Positions 22,580 through 33,688 are shown, counted from the first letter of the stretch. The stretch: DNA of 64,000 bases from an uncultured Planctomycetota bacterium (GCA_963845755.1 CAWJTV010000033.1:1-64000); one strand, 5' to 3'. The notes: generated by a model from the letters alone, not told the origin. Made by a program: numbers and translations.

Positions 22580-23527
22580 TCAACGATGTTCGCCCGTATC
22601 GAGCAACACGCCCAGTGCGACCGCCAGGCGGCGGTCGATCATCCGTGGCCGATCCCGGGTCAAGTCGAGGACGTAGCGGTCGAAGATGGTGAACTTCCGG
22701 TTGAACTCGCCGCGTGTCGCCTCGATACCATCGGCCCCGGGCATGACCAGGATGAAGTTGGTTCGGAGGAAACCAAACATCGGACCCAGGAACCTGCGCA
22801 TCAGGGACAGGAGTAGCGAATCCTCGCGGGCAACGAGCAACAACCGCTTGCTCTCGGGGGCCAGGACATCCCATCTCTTCCGCAGGAAATTGTACAAGTA
22901 GTTCTTCCTCATATGGCCCAGACACTCACCCCCGGGATTCACGACGGTGTACGTCGCAACCAGGAAATGGAACTTCCGATCTTGCTTCACCTGGAGCAGC
23001 AACTCGCCTTTCGACTCGTCCGCATAGAAAGAGATGTGTCGCTTGGGCACGATCGCGATCATCACCATCCCCGTCAAGAAGAAGGACAGGACGATGAGGA
23101 CGACAAGAGCGACTCCGCCGACCCATTTGGGCTGGACTTGCTCCGTCAGCCCGAAGCCGATAATCAGCGCCATGACGAATGTCACGAGGAAGACGACCAC
23201 AGTCGCGAGGAGCGCCATCAGATGACGCCAGAAATGGGCCGGCCGCTCGATGAACAGGATCGGACGTTCTTCATCGTCCCAGACGACGTACTTCTCGCTG
23301 ATCGTCATCAGCTTCTGTCGAAACAGGAATCGCTCCCGGTTGAAGGCGGGATGAAGGTCACCGGCCGAGTCGTCGTCGGTATCCAGCGTGAAGGTCACTT
23401 CCTCGGTGACGAGCTCGGGCACGATCTGCACGGCCTGGCACTCGGGCAGCGGACCTTCTTCCCCGCCATCTCATCGCGAAGGTCGGAAGCTTTGTCCGCA
23501 ACCGGAGCACGTCAAGTTGATGGGCAT
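22580..23527 (-). CDS. LURP-one/scramblase-like protein with two TM helices and an N-terminal zinc ribbon (5' frameshifts)
   Basis: FLFRQKLMTISEKY...RKFTIFDRYVLDL...DRRLAVALGVLLD. The upstream region reconstructs as MPINLTCSGCG...KKVRCPECQ. Confidence 0.65.
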
Positions 23528-23661
23528 CGAAACCTCGGCGTCTGGAACGACAGGATTCCCGGCTGCCGCGCTGGACTTTCCTCAAGTCGCGGCTCGGTGG
23601 TTCGATGACGATATGATGCGGGTCGTCGACGCCAAACGCAAGCCGCCAGCCGTGGACTCGT

Positions 23662-24124
23662 TCAGTTCTGGTTCCGATCGGAGTCCGTAGGGACGCCCAG
23701 CTCGCGTTCGATGCGGAACCTCATCTGGCCCAGCTCGTCGCCGACGTATTCACCCTGAGGCCATGGCCAGCTCACCGGATCGTCGCGGAAGCGAGGAATG
23801 ATATGCCAATGGCAATGGTCGATCGTCTGGCCGGCGACCCGGCCATTATTGATGACCACGTTGATGCCGTCGGCGCCGGTCGCGGCCCGGATGGCCCGGC
23901 AGAGCCGGGGAAGGAGCGAGCCGGCGTGCGCGGCGAGATCCGTCGGGCAGATCGTCGAGCTGAGCATGATGGGATTTCGGGACGATCAGCGTATGGCCGG
24001 GAGTGACCGGGTGAATGTCCAGGAACACCACAACGTGATCCGTCTCCAGGACCCTGGCCGACGGGATCTGATCGTGGACGATCTTGCAGAAGATGCAGCT
24101 CGGCTCGTGGTCTGGATGAGTCAC
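23662..24124 (-). CDS. HIT-family nucleotide hydrolase (frameshift ~23945)
   Basis: CIFCKI, FLDIHPVTPGHTLIVPK and AGQTIDHCHWHIIPR (HxHxH motif). Confidence 0.9.
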
Positions 24125-24247
24125 GATCGTCCGATCCCGCAGGATTGGGGTCGAGGTTTCCTCGGCGAAGCGATCCGGCCGTCACCGTGTCCGATCGACA
24201 GATTGTTGATAGGTACGGGTTCGGTCGAGTTCGAGCACTCCGATCGA

Positions 24248-24667
24248 TCACGGGCGGCGGCCCGATCCCACCACGGCGGGCTTGGTCGGGGCCTTGACCA
24301 GCTCGGTTTCGCCCAGCAGTGCGATCACCGCCATCGGGGCAGCATCCCCCTGCCGAACCTTGGCCAGCTTGTAGATCCGGGTATAGCCACCCGGCCGGTC
24401 TTGATAGCGAGGGCCGATCTCGTTGAACAGCCTGAAGGCCACTTTCTTGCTCGTCAGCACCGCCATGCAACGGCGGAACTCGTCGAGCTTGAACCCGTCC
24501 TTGGCGAGAGTGATCAGCTTCTCGGTGAACGGCTGGACTTCCTTGGCCTTGGCCAGAGTCGTCTGGATCTTGCCGTGCTCCAGGAGCGCAGTGGCCAGGT
24601 TGCGCAGGAGCATCCGGCGATGCGACGGGGATCGTTTGAACTTCCGGCCGGCTTTTTGATGACGCAT
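24248..24667 (-). CDS. rplQ: 50S ribosomal protein L17
   Basis: MRHQKAGRKF, IQTTLAKAKE and RPGGYTRI. Confidence 0.95.
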   Translation of the reverse strand: MRHQKAGRKFKRSPSHRRMLLRNLATALLEHGKIQTTLAKAKEVQPFTEKLITLAKDGFKLDEFRRCMAVLTSKKVAFRLFNEIGPRYQDRPGGYTRIYKLAKVRQGDAAPMAVIALLGETELVKAPTKPAVVGSGRRP

Positions 24668-24676
24668 GGTTCTTTT

Positions 24677-24779
24677 AGTGGCAGGTGACAAGTGGCAATT
24701 GGCAGGTGGTAGGCGGAGAGAAGGGACAGCCCGTGAACCGACTGGAACCGATCAGGGCCTTCGCTTGCCACTTGCCACT
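24677..24779. repeat. Inverted 7-mer arrays (AGTGGCA-like x5 / TGCCACT x2) in the rpoA-rplQ spacer
   Basis: AGTGGCA GGTGACA AGTGGCA ATTGGCA GGTGGTA, then TGCCACT TGCCACT. Confidence 0.75.
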
Positions 24780-25774
24780 CAAGGTTTTAGAGGGACATTC
24801 ATGCCCAGATCGAGACCGATCTCGTGGAGTTTGGCGCGGACCTCCTTGAGGGTGGTCTCGCCGAAGTTGCGGACGTTCAGGAGCTGATCCTCGCTGCGAC
24901 TGACCAGGTGGCGGACGGTCGTGATGCCCTCGCTCTCCAGGCAGTTGGTCGCACGGACGGACAGCTCGAGTTCGGCAAGGCTCATGTCGAGCTTGCGCTC
25001 GAGCTCGGCGTCGATCGGCATGTGCGAGCCACCGTCGCCGCCCAGGGCCTCGGCGGGCAGTCCCGGGCCGGGCTCGTTGTACTGGACGAACGGGTTGAGA
25101 TGCTTGCGGAGGATCTTGGCGGCCTCCACCAGGGCCATCTCGGGGCCGAGCACGCCGGTCGTCCAGATCCGCAGGATCAGCTTGTCGTAATTGGTCCGCT
25201 GGCCGACACGGGTATTCTCGACATGGTACTCCACGCGATGGACCGGACTAAAACTGGCATCGATCGGAATCACACCGATCTCGAGATCCTCGGTGTGCCC
25301 CTCGGCCGCGGTCCGGTAGCCCCGCCCGTTCTCCACGGTCATCTCGAGGTGGAACGCCACGTCGTCTGTGAGGGTGCAGAGGATATGGTCGGGATTGATG
25401 ATCTCGACCGACTCGTCGTGCAAGATGTCGGCGGCGGTGACCACGCCCCGGCGATCGCGGTCGATCCGGAGGGTCTTGGTCGCCTCCGAGTGATTCTTGA
25501 CCACCAGCAATTTCACGTTCAAGACCAGGTCCGTGATGTCGTCGACCATGCCGGGGATCGAGGAGAACTCATGCTGCACGCCCAGGATCTTGATCCGGGT
25601 GATGGCGCTACCCTCAAGGCTCGAGAGGAGGATGCGCCTGAGGCTATTGCCCACCGTATGGCCGAATCCGCGCTCGAAGGGCTCAACATGGAACTCGCCG
25701 AAGGTATCGGTCAAGGTCTCGCGGTTGCACACGACCCGGCTGGGCAGTTCGAGGCCACGCCAACGAATACGCAT
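24779..25774 (-). CDS. rpoA: RNA polymerase subunit alpha
   Basis: [36 protein letters not shown] and [11 protein letters not shown]. Confidence 0.97.
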   Translation of the reverse strand: MRIRWRGLELPSRVVCNRETLTDTFGEFHVEPFERGFGHTVGNSLRRILLSSLEGSAITRIKILGVQHEFSSIPGMVDDITDLVLNVKLLVVKNHSEATKTLRIDRDRRGVVTAADILHDESVEIINPDHILCTLTDDVAFHLEMTVENGRGYRTAAEGHTEDLEIGVIPIDASFSPVHRVEYHVENTRVGQRTNYDKLILRIWTTGVLGPEMALVEAAKILRKHLNPFVQYNEPGPGLPAEALGGDGGSHMPIDAELERKLDMSLAELELSVRATNCLESEGITTVRHLVSRSEDQLLNVRNFGETTLKEVRAKLHEIGLDLGMNVPLKP

Positions 25775-25825
25775 CGCAATCTCCCACGCCAAAAGGCACT
25801 CGAACGGCGAACTCCCATGCTCCGC

Positions 25826-26456
25826 TCAGCGGCTCAACAACTCGATGATCAACTGGGGCGTCACCGGCAGGCCGACGTCCTGGGCGGTCGGCAGGCGGGA
25901 TACGCGCCCCTCGGGCGGCTCGGTGCTGCCCCGGTCCAACCATTCGGGCACCGGAGGACCTGCCCCGGTGGACAGGCTCTCGGCGGCCAGCTTGAGGGAG
26001 TGCTCGCGGTTCTTGATCTGGATCAGGTCGCCCGGACGGACCAGGTAGCTGGGGATGTCGAGCTTTCGCCCGTTGACGGTGATGTGCCCGTGGGTGATCA
26101 TCTGCCGGGCATGTGGGCGGCTCATCGCGAAGCCCAGCCGGGTCACGACGTTATCCAGCCTGCCGCTCCAGCAGCGACATCAGGGCATCGCCGGTGTTCC
26201 CCGAGCGGCGGGTCGCCTCATCATAGTACTTGCGAAACTGCCGCTCGAAGATCCCGTAATAACGTTTGACCTTCTGCTTCTCCCGCAGCCGGATCGCGTA
26301 CTCGCTCGCCTTCCCGCGGCGGAACTGATGCATCCCCGGTACACCGTCTCGACGATCCACGGCGCACTTGGGCGTGTCACACCGCGCCCCTTTCAAGAAG
26401 AGCTTCGTACCCTCGCGGCGGCAGAGCCGGCAAACCGGTCCAATATGACGTCCCAT
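25826..26456 (-). CDS. rpsD: 30S ribosomal protein S4 (1-nt insertion ~26162, likely sequencing error)
   Basis: [24 protein letters not shown] and ARQMITHGH. Confidence 0.93.
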
Positions 26457-26528
26457 GGCGAATCAACAACCCTCGGTCCTGTGAATCTTGTTATTAAGTC
26501 CTTGAGTCATGATTACGTCGACAAGATC

Positions 26529-26586
26529 GTAGGTCAGGCTTTCCCGCCCGACGCCCGGTCCCGTCAGGCGGTATAGCCCGACCTAA
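26529..26586. repeat. GTAG-type REP palindrome between rpsK and rpsD
   Basis: GTAGGTCAGGCTTTCCCGCCCGAC...GTCAGGCGGTATAGCCCGACCTA forms an imperfect inverted repeat. Confidence 0.75.
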
Positions 26587-26647
26587 GTGTGGACCGCGCC
26601 ACCGGACCCCTGGGCCAGCAAGCACGATTGCGAGAAGGACTCAAGGA

Positions 26648-27028
26648 TCAAACGCGGCGTTTCTTGGGGGGCCGGCAGCCATTGTGGGGCAAGGGCGTGA
26701 CATCCTCGATGGCCTTGATCGAGAGGCCCGAGGCCTGGATCGCCGTGATGGCGCTCTCTCGCCCCGACCCCGGTCCCTTGACCTTGACCTCGACTTCCTT
26801 CACTCCATACTTCGTGGCCGTCGCCGCGGCGGTCTCCGCCGCCCGCTGTGCGGCGAACGGCGTGCTCTTGCGACTCCCCTTGAATCCGACGGTCCCGGAC
26901 GAGGCCCAGCACAATGCGTCGCCGTTGGGGTCGGTGATCGTAACCGTCGTGTTGTTGAACGTCGCCTTGATGTGCACGACCGCCCGGCTGACGTTGCGTC
27001 GTGTCTTCCGTTTCTTGGCCTTGGCCAC
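26648..27028 (-). CDS. rpsK: 30S ribosomal protein S11
   Basis: [20 protein letters not shown] and [18 protein letters not shown]. Confidence 0.97.
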   Translation of the reverse strand: MAKAKKRKTRRNVSRAVVHIKATFNNTTVTITDPNGDALCWASSGTVGFKGSRKSTPFAAQRAAETAAATATKYGVKEVEVKVKGPGSGRESAITAIQASGLSIKAIEDVTPLPHNGCRPPKKRRV

Positions 27029-27261
27029 GGTTCCGTTGCTCCTGATCAATCCCGTTGGGGCTCGTCTCGATCGTGCTCATCTCGATCAACGGCCGTCGCG
27101 TGGGGTCTCCACGTCGGACGGCAGGCACACCCGACTGGCCGGCCTGACGATCCTGCAATGGTCGGCCGCCGCTCGCTCGGCCGGCGATCACACGACAGAC
27201 CCCGTCCCGCCGACGGACGCGAGGCACTCGGCCAACGCAGCCGGCCCTCCGGCTAGCTCGG

Positions 27262-27644
27262 CTAGCGAAGTTCCTTCACGCCCTTCTTACCAGCGACGGT
27301 CTTCCGCGGACCCTTGCGGGTCCGTGCATTGGTCCGCGTCCGCTGGCCGCGGACCGGGAGACCCTTGCGATGCCGCAGTCCTCGATAGCAACCGATGTCG
27401 CGCAGACGCGCAATATTCTGCGCGAGCTGACGCTTGAGCTGCCCTTCGACCGTGTATTCGTTGTCCAGCAGCGTGGCCAGCTTGGCCAGGTCGTCCTCGC
27501 TCAAGTCGCGCGCTCTCTTGTCCGGATCGATCCCCGTCCGGCGCAAAGCACCGAGGCCAGATACGGGCCGATCCCGTAGATGTATTGCAGCGAGATCAGG
27601 GCGCGCTTGTCGTTGGGGATATCGACACCGAGGATACGAGGCAT
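27262..27644 (-). CDS. rpsM: 30S ribosomal protein S13 (1-nt deletion ~27540)
   Basis: [10 protein letters not shown] start; [27 protein letters not shown]. Confidence 0.93.
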
Positions 27645-27711
27645 CCGTCCGATCTCCGTTAGTGCTATTCAACCGATCCGGGAGGGGAGACGCTCCATCG
27701 GGGGAGAGCTC

Positions 27712-27825
27712 TCATCCTTGCCGCTGCTTGTGGCGGGGATTCGTGCAGATCACATACACCTTGCCCTGGCGGCGGACGATTTTGCAGTTCTCACAGATCC
27801 GCTTGACGCTCGATCGCACTTTCAT
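27712..27825 (-). CDS. rpmJ: 50S ribosomal protein L36 (Zn-binding form; absent from the ORF track)
   Basis: Manual translation gives [37 protein letters not shown]. Confidence 0.95.
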   Translation of the reverse strand: MKVRSSVKRICENCKIVRRQGKVYVICTNPRHKQRQG

Positions 27826-27924
27826 GGTTCTTCAGCCGCTTCCGATTGAATGAACTTCCCGATCCCGGAGGAAGGACTCCCGGGATGACTCGTTCCTGAA
27901 TTAGCAAGGTTCTGGACGAAGCCG

Positions 27925-27954
27925 AATTTACCAAATTACTCAGCAGACCATCAA
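27925..27954 (-). promoter_or_regulatory. Putative sigma70 promoter for rpmJ and the alpha operon
   Basis: TTGATG-18 nt-TAAATT, with a TGn extension, about 100 nt upstream of rpmJ. Confidence 0.35.
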
Positions 27955-28052
27955 AACGCAAGAGGGGTTCGACCCGCCGTGGAGGAATTCTCGACGACCC
28001 GGCTGGCATCGTGATGCACCCGTGCTCTCAGCGGTTCCGTCCCGAGTGGGTC

Positions 28053-28928
28053 TCAGTCCTCCGGGTAGGTCAGCACGCGCGGGCCTTCCGGGGTCATGGC
28101 GACGGTGTGCTCGAAGTGGGCGCTGGGCCGTCGATCCTTGGTCTCGACCGTCCACCCGTCGTTTAGGGTGCGCACGTCCTTGGTTCCCATCGCGACCATC
28201 GGCTCGATCGCCAGGACCACGCCGGGCTCCAGCTTGATGTCGTGTTGGCGAAGCGCCGGGCTGATGAAGTTCGGGACCTGGGGCTCCTCATGCATATCCT
28301 GACCGATCCCGTGCCCGACGAACTGCTCGACCACGAAGAGGCCCTGACTCCTGACATAACGCTCCATCAGGCTGGCAACCTCCGACCAGAATCGGCAACG
28401 TCCCATGGCCCGGATGGCCAGGTCGAGGGTCTCGGACGTCACATCCAGTAGCTTCTGGACCTCGGGGCGTACGGTGCCGATGCCCAGCGTCATGGCCGAG
28501 TCACCGCACCAGCCGCCCACCTTGCAGCCGGTGTCGATGGAGACGATATCCCCCTCGCGCAGTGGGCGGCGGTTAGGGATGCCGTGCACGACGTGTTCGT
28601 TGACGCTGGCGCAGATGACGGCCGGGAACGATGGCTTCCCCTTGACCGAGCTGGGATACCCGAGGAACAGCGGAATCGCGTCATGTTCCCGGAAGATGGC
28701 GGCCACGGCCTCGTCCATCTCGGCGGTGGACACGCCCGGCACGGCCATGCGCCGCACCTGTTCCAGCGCCTTGGCCACGACTCGGCCAGCCTCCCGCATC
28801 ATCGCAATCTCGCGCGGGCTCTTCAGCTTGATGACCGGAGGCGACTCGACCGGGGTGCTGACGCCCCCGACCTTCGGGCGACGCGCCAGGCCCGAGAACA
28901 ACGTCGGGAACGAAGGGCGGGACCCCAT
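28053..28928 (-). CDS. map: Type I methionine aminopeptidase (start uncertain)
   Basis: ICASVNEHVVHGIP, GDIVSID, GHGIG..MHEEP, AIEPM and SAHFEHT. Confidence 0.93.
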   Translation of the reverse strand: MGSRPSFPTLFSGLARRPKVGGVSTPVESPPVIKLKSPREIAMMREAGRVVAKALEQVRRMAVPGVSTAEMDEAVAAIFREHDAIPLFLGYPSSVKGKPSFPAVICASVNEHVVHGIPNRRPLREGDIVSIDTGCKVGGWCGDSAMTLGIGTVRPEVQKLLDVTSETLDLAIRAMGRCRFWSEVASLMERYVRSQGLFVVEQFVGHGIGQDMHEEPQVPNFISPALRQHDIKLEPGVVLAIEPMVAMGTKDVRTLNDGWTVETKDRRPSAHFEHTVAMTPEGPRVLTYPED

Positions 28929-29214
28929 GCTTCGATGAGACGACACGTCGCTGCACTCCTCTACATCGGACACACGCCCCGGACCGGTGACAACTCGGAT
29001 ACTTGTATTATACACGGCCGTCCTTGGGAGATGCGCACCAGACCCGCGACGTTACTGTCCTCGCCCCGACTTTTTCCGACCCACGCCGGACCGGACATTC
29101 CTCGGGATGCACGGCTCTCCTACCGTTCAGAATACCCCGGCAGGCCGGCCTTGCCTAGCGGCGACAGCGGACGGTCCGGAATCGTCGCGTCGCGGCAATG
29201 GGCGATTCCTCATT

Positions 29215-30588
29215 TCATCTCCGATTGACCAGCCCTGTGTAGTTTCTCATCACCAGGTGACTGTCGATCTTCTGCACCAGGTCGAGGCAGACGCTGATGA
29301 CGATGAGTAGGCCGGTCCCACCCAGGAACGAGGCGACGGTCCAGTCCACCGAAAGGGCCGCCTGGACCAGCGACGGAATGACCGCCACGAGGGCCAGGAA
29401 CGCCGCACCGACGTACGTGATCCGGAGCATGACTTTCTCGAGGTAGTCGGCGGTCCGACGACCGGGGCGGTAGCCCGGGATGAAGCTGCCGTAGTCCTTG
29501 AGGTTTTCGGCCATGTCCTTGGGATTGAAGGTGATCGCCGTCCAGAAGTAGCAGAAGAAGTAGATCAGGATGATGTAGCATACCGTGTAGATGTAGCTCT
29601 GGCGCTGGAAGGCGTCGGCGAGTTCCTGGAACATTCCCGCGAAGAACGAGCCGATGGTCCAGTTGTCGGATCGCATGCTCGACGTCGCACGGGCGATGCT
29701 GCTGAAGACGAAGGAGGGGAAGATGAGCAGGCTGGAAGCGAAGATGATCGGCATCACGCCGGCCTGATTGACCTTCAGCGGGAGATACTGGCGCGTGCCG
29801 CCAAAGACCCGGCGCCCGCGTACATGCTTGGCCGATTGGGTTGGGATTCGCCGCTGACTCTCGGTGATCGCGATGACTCCCACCACCACGGCTATGAATA
29901 AGCCGATCAGCGTCAAGATCGTGAGGATATTGTACTTCCCCGGCTCGGCGGTCAACTTCGAGGTCGAGTTCATCCACAGGCCGTTGAGGGCGACCGGCAG
30001 TCGTGCCAGGATGCCCGCCATGATCAACAGGCTGATCCCGTTGCCGATGCCGAACTCGTCGATCTGTTCGCCGACCCACATCAGGAAAATCGTGCCGGCG
30101 GTCATGATGCAGACGCAGACCAGCCCATGCCAGAAGTCGCGGTAATTGGGCAATACCACATTCATCTGGGGACTCATCATATATTGCACCCAGAAGGCAC
30201 TCTGGATGGCGCAGAGCCCGACCGTGGCGTAGCGCGTATACTCGTTGATCCGCTTCCGGCCGCTCTCTCCTTCCTTCATCATGGCCTCGAGAGAGGGGAC
30301 GACGCTGGCCAGGAGCTGGAAGATGATGGAGGCGGAGATATACGGCATGATACCGAGGCCGAAGATCGTACTCATCCCGATCGACGTGCCGCCGAACATG
30401 GCCACCGTGCCGAATAGCTTCCCCGCGGTATTGCCGGACTGTTGCTCTTCCCAGGTCTTCAACTGGCGCTGGTTGACGATCGGCAAGGGCACGTAGAAGC
30501 CGATCCGGTAGATGGCCAGCAGGATCGCCGTGAACAGGATCTTGCGCCGCAGCTCGGGAACCTTGAAGATCGTGAGCAGCTTATCCAC
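29215..30588 (-). CDS. secY: Preprotein translocase subunit SecY
   Basis: LGIMPYISASII, GIGNGISLLIMAGI, NQAGVMPIIFASS, FIPGYRPG and LGGTGLLI. Confidence 0.97.
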   Translation of the reverse strand: MDKLLTIFKVPELRRKILFTAILLAIYRIGFYVPLPIVNQRQLKTWEEQQSGNTAGKLFGTVAMFGGTSIGMSTIFGLGIMPYISASIIFQLLASVVPSLEAMMKEGESGRKRINEYTRYATVGLCAIQSAFWVQYMMSPQMNVVLPNYRDFWHGLVCVCIMTAGTIFLMWVGEQIDEFGIGNGISLLIMAGILARLPVALNGLWMNSTSKLTAEPGKYNILTILTLIGLFIAVVVGVIAITESQRRIPTQSAKHVRGRRVFGGTRQYLPLKVNQAGVMPIIFASSLLIFPSFVFSSIARATSSMRSDNWTIGSFFAGMFQELADAFQRQSYIYTVCYIILIYFFCYFWTAITFNPKDMAENLKDYGSFIPGYRPGRRTADYLEKVMLRITYVGAAFLALVAVIPSLVQAALSVDWTVASFLGGTGLLIVISVCLDLVQKIDSHLVMRNYTGLVNRR

Positions 30589-30618
30589 CGCGTCGTCTCC
30601 TCTCTGCCGATGCCCCGA

Positions 30619-30894
30619 TCACGGGGCCGGCCGTCCTAATCGATTCGTTCCCTGGCCGTTTGATCGCGTGTGCCAGAGCAGCCGACACGCTCCTGATAGG
30701 GAAGCGAGCCCGATCGTGCCGTCAATCAACCAGTAAATCCGCCGGCTCTCCGGGAATTCGCCCGCTGCGACCGCCTGATACACGCAAAATGCCGCGACCA
30801 GCAGGAGGAGAACCGCAAGGATCCTCCGGACGGAGGTCGGCAGGTCCTCATCTCCTCTCAGAGTGAACGAGAGGCCGAACATCTGGTCCTTCAT
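30619..30894 (-). CDS. Small hypothetical two-TM membrane protein
   Basis: 91-aa ORF with two hydrophobic segments, co-oriented between the TA pair and secY. Confidence 0.45.
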   Translation of the reverse strand: MKDQMFGLSFTLRGDEDLPTSVRRILAVLLLLVAAFCVYQAVAAGEFPESRRIYWLIDGTIGLASLSGACRLLWHTRSNGQGTNRLGRPAP

Positions 30895-30951
30895 GAAATC
30901 AATAGGACCACCGTTCTGCGGAGATCGCTGATACCTCCGCTACGACCCGCA

Positions 30952-31248
30952 TCAGGCACGCGACCTCCATGAGGCAGGATCGCGGCTTCCGTGTAAGACA
31001 GCGAGCACTTCGACGCGGTTAACCAGGGCTCGATAGTAGATCACATAAGGGAACCGGTGAGTGCGACAGTTCCTGACGTCCTCCCAGATCGGAGCGAAGA
31101 TTTCAGGCATCTCGGCCAACCTTTCGAAGCACCCGGTTATCTCCGCCACGAACTCATCGCCCAAGTCATCCCGCTTCACATTGTACCAATCGCGAGCTGC
31201 GATCAGGTCCTGCTCGGCCTCGGGGCGAAGGACGACGGGAAAGCTCAT
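30952..31248 (-). CDS. RelE/ParE-family toxin
   Basis: VLRPEAEQDL..ARDWY, RFPYVIYYR and VEVLAVLHGSRDP. Confidence 0.9.
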   Translation of the reverse strand: MSFPVVLRPEAEQDLIAARDWYNVKRDDLGDEFVAEITGCFERLAEMPEIFAPIWEDVRNCRTHRFPYVIYYRALVNRVEVLAVLHGSRDPASWRSRA

Positions 31249-31469
31249 GGCCGCTCGCCCAGGCGGGCCTTAACTTGTTCCCAGGGGATCGCTGCATTCG
31301 GATCGGCCTCCGCGGAAGCCCGCCGTCGCTCCAATTCGCGAATGTGCGAAGCGGGTACGGGAAGGACTTGCTCATGGGTGTCGATACTGTCCCAGATCAG
31401 GCCGATCAAATCGAGTCGTTCGGCGACGCTCAAGCGGTCGATCCCCAGCTCATGCAAGGTCTCGTTCAT
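31245..31469 (-). CDS. Addiction-module antitoxin (TIGR02574-type)
   Basis: LSVAERLDLIGLIWDSI...ELERRR...AIPWEQVKARL; 4-nt overlap with the toxin gene. Confidence 0.88.
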   Translation of the reverse strand: MNETLHELGIDRLSVAERLDLIGLIWDSIDTHEQVLPVPASHIRELERRRASAEADPNAAIPWEQVKARLGERP

Positions 31470-31582
31470 GTCCGAAACACCTCCCAAATCTGAGCAGGGC
31501 ACAACTCGAGTTGATGGCTTGGAGGCCGATCGCCGAATGATCAAGTCGGAGGGCCACAAGCTGGATCACACCCGATCCCGAC

Positions 31583-32092
31583 TCAAGCCGTAGGGGTCGC
31601 CGACTCCTCCTTCGGCCGCGAGCGAACGGCGTGCGGCTTGTAGGGGACGACCACAGACTTCCCGCCGGCCGCGGCGATTTTCGCGGCCGCCGAGCCGCTG
31701 AACTTGGTGGCATGCACCTGCAAGGGTTTGTTCAGTACGCCATTGGCCAGGATCTTGATGCCGTCGAATTCGTGACCCTTGACCAGCCCGGCAGCCCGCA
31801 ATGCCGGCTCGTCGACGACCGCGCCGGATTCATAACGCGCCTCGAGATCTTCGAGGTTGACGATGGCGTAAACCTTCTTGAACGCACCGTTGAAGAAGCC
31901 GCGTTTGGGGATCCGACGGGCCAGCGGCATCTGGCCGCCCTCGAAGATCGGGCTGAGCTTGAATCCCTGGCGAGAGGCGTGGCCCTTGTGCCCCTTCGAC
32001 GAGGTCTTGCCATGCCCCGAGCCGGTCCCTCGCCCGATCCGCTTGCGTTTCTTGCGGCGGTGGATCCCCTTATGGACGTCGTGCAATTGCAT
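31583..32092 (-). CDS. rplO: 50S ribosomal protein L15
   Basis: RIGRGTGSGHGKT and FEGGQMPLARRIPKRGF. Confidence 0.97.
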   Translation of the reverse strand: MQLHDVHKGIHRRKKRKRIGRGTGSGHGKTSSKGHKGHASRQGFKLSPIFEGGQMPLARRIPKRGFFNGAFKKVYAIVNLEDLEARYESGAVVDEPALRAAGLVKGHEFDGIKILANGVLNKPLQVHATKFSGSAAAKIAAAGGKSVVVPYKPHAVRSRPKEESATPTA

Positions 32093-32601
32093 TACAGTTG
32101 CACTCCTCGCAGACGAGCGATCTCGTCCTTGGTGCGAAGTTGCGTCAAGCCGTCGATCGCGGCCTTGACCAGGTTGAGCTTGTTGGTCGAGCCGAAGCTC
32201 TTGGTGAGGATATCATGGACACCGGCGGCCTCGACCACGGCCCGCACGGCGCCTCCGGCGATGACGCCCGTGCCGGGAGCGGCCGGCATCAAGAGCACCT
32301 TGGCCGCGCCGAAGTGGCCGATCACCGTATGCGGGATGGTCCCTCCCCGGAGGTTGACCCGCTTCATTTGTTTGTGAGCGTCCTTGACGCCCTTCTCGAC
32401 CGCAGGCGGGACTTCGTTGGCCTTCCCGTAGCCCCAGCCCACCTGGCCGCGGCCATTGCCGACGACCACCAGCGCATTGAAGCTGAACCGGCGGCCTCCC
32501 TTGACGACCGCGGCGCATCGGCGGATCGAGACGACGCTCTCGTTCCACTCACCACGGTCGCGGTCACGGTCTCGATCGCGTTCACGTCCCTCGCTCGACA
32601 C
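32092..32601 (-). CDS. rpsE: 30S ribosomal protein S5
   Basis: [17 protein letters not shown] and [12 protein letters not shown]. Confidence 0.97.
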   Translation of the reverse strand: MSSEGRERDRDRDRDRGEWNESVVSIRRCAAVVKGGRRFSFNALVVVGNGRGQVGWGYGKANEVPPAVEKGVKDAHKQMKRVNLRGGTIPHTVIGHFGAAKVLLMPAAPGTGVIAGGAVRAVVEAAGVHDILTKSFGSTNKLNLVKAAIDGLTQLRTKDEIARLRGVQL

Positions 32602-32694
32602 GGACAAGCTCCTCAGACGATGGTCGGTTCGTTTTTCCCTGGTAGACGCACCTTCGCCGCTCCATTCAGGCCCAACGTCCCTGGGTCATCCCGG

Positions 32695-33072
32695 TCAGAA
32701 CTTCAAGCCCGCCTCGCGCGCGGCATCGGCCAGCGCGGCAACGCGCCCGTGGTACTTGTAGCTTCGGCGGTCGAAGCAAATCTTGTCAATACCGGCCTTC
32801 TTGGCGCGCTCGGCCACGACGCGGCCGACCAGGGCGGCGGCGGTCTTGTTGCCGCCGTACTTGGCCTGGGCCTTGACATCCGGGTCCATCGAGCTCGCCG
32901 AGACCAGGGTCATCCCGGACTGATCGTTGATCATCTGGGCATAGATGTGCTTCGAGCTGCGGAAGACCGCCAGCCGCGGCCGTTCGGGAGTCCCGAACAG
33001 CCGGTTGCGCACGCGCCGTTGCCGGCGAAGCCGGCGGGTCTGCACGAGCTTTTGTTGATTTGCCGTGTTCAC
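32695..33072 (-). CDS. rplR: 50S ribosomal protein L18
   Basis: [16 protein letters not shown] and [12 protein letters not shown]. Confidence 0.97.
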   Translation of the reverse strand: MNTANQQKLVQTRRLRRQRRVRNRLFGTPERPRLAVFRSSKHIYAQMINDQSGMTLVSASSMDPDVKAQAKYGGNKTAAALVGRVVAERAKKAGIDKICFDRRSYKYHGRVAALADAAREAGLKF

Positions 33073-33107
33073 GAGACGGTCCTCAATCGGTTTGACTCAA
33101 TCCACGA

Positions 33108-33659
33108 CTACTTCGACCCGAAGGCCTTGCCGGCCTTGCGGCGGACGAACTCGCCCTCGTAGCGAATCCCCTTGCCCTTGTAGGGCTCGGGCGGACGAAC
33201 GTCGCGAACGATCGCCGCGAACTGGCCCACCGCCTGCTTGTCGGGCCCGCTGACGATCACGTGGGTGGCATCCGGTACGGCCACGTTCACGCCCGCCGGC
33301 GCCTCGAGGACGACCTGGTTGGCGTAACCGACCTGCAGCGCCACGGTGTTCGCCTTCTTGAGCTGGGCCTGGTAGCCGACGCCGACGATCTCGAGCTTCT
33401 TCGAGTAGCCGTTGGTGACCCCTTCGACCATGTTGGCCACCAGGCTGCGGGTCAGCCCGTGCAAGGCGCGGTTGAGCCGCTCGTCGTCCTGCCGGCTGAC
33501 CAGGATCTGACGCGCGGCCTGGTCGAACTTGACGTCGATCCCGGCGCGATGCGTGAAGGTCAACTTCCCTTTGGGGCCTTCGATCTGGATCGTCGAATCG
33601 GCGATCGAGACCTTCACCGTGGAGGGCACGGGAACCGGCTTGCGTCCAATCCGCGACAT
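33108..33659 (-). CDS. rplF: 50S ribosomal protein L6
   Basis: MSRIGRKP and RPPEPYKGKGIRY. Confidence 0.97.
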   Translation of the reverse strand: MSRIGRKPVPVPSTVKVSIADSTIQIEGPKGKLTFTHRAGIDVKFDQAARQILVSRQDDERLNRALHGLTRSLVANMVEGVTNGYSKKLEIVGVGYQAQLKKANTVALQVGYANQVVLEAPAGVNVAVPDATHVIVSGPDKQAVGQFAAIVRDVRPPEPYKGKGIRYEGEFVRRKAGKAFGSK

Positions 33660-33688
33660 GATTCGCTCACTCTCCGCTGGGTCTTGGT

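Noticed and set aside
29007..29012. Perfect TATAAT upstream of map
   Set aside because: There is no matching -35 or properly spaced extended -10, so the evidence is too weak to call a promoter.
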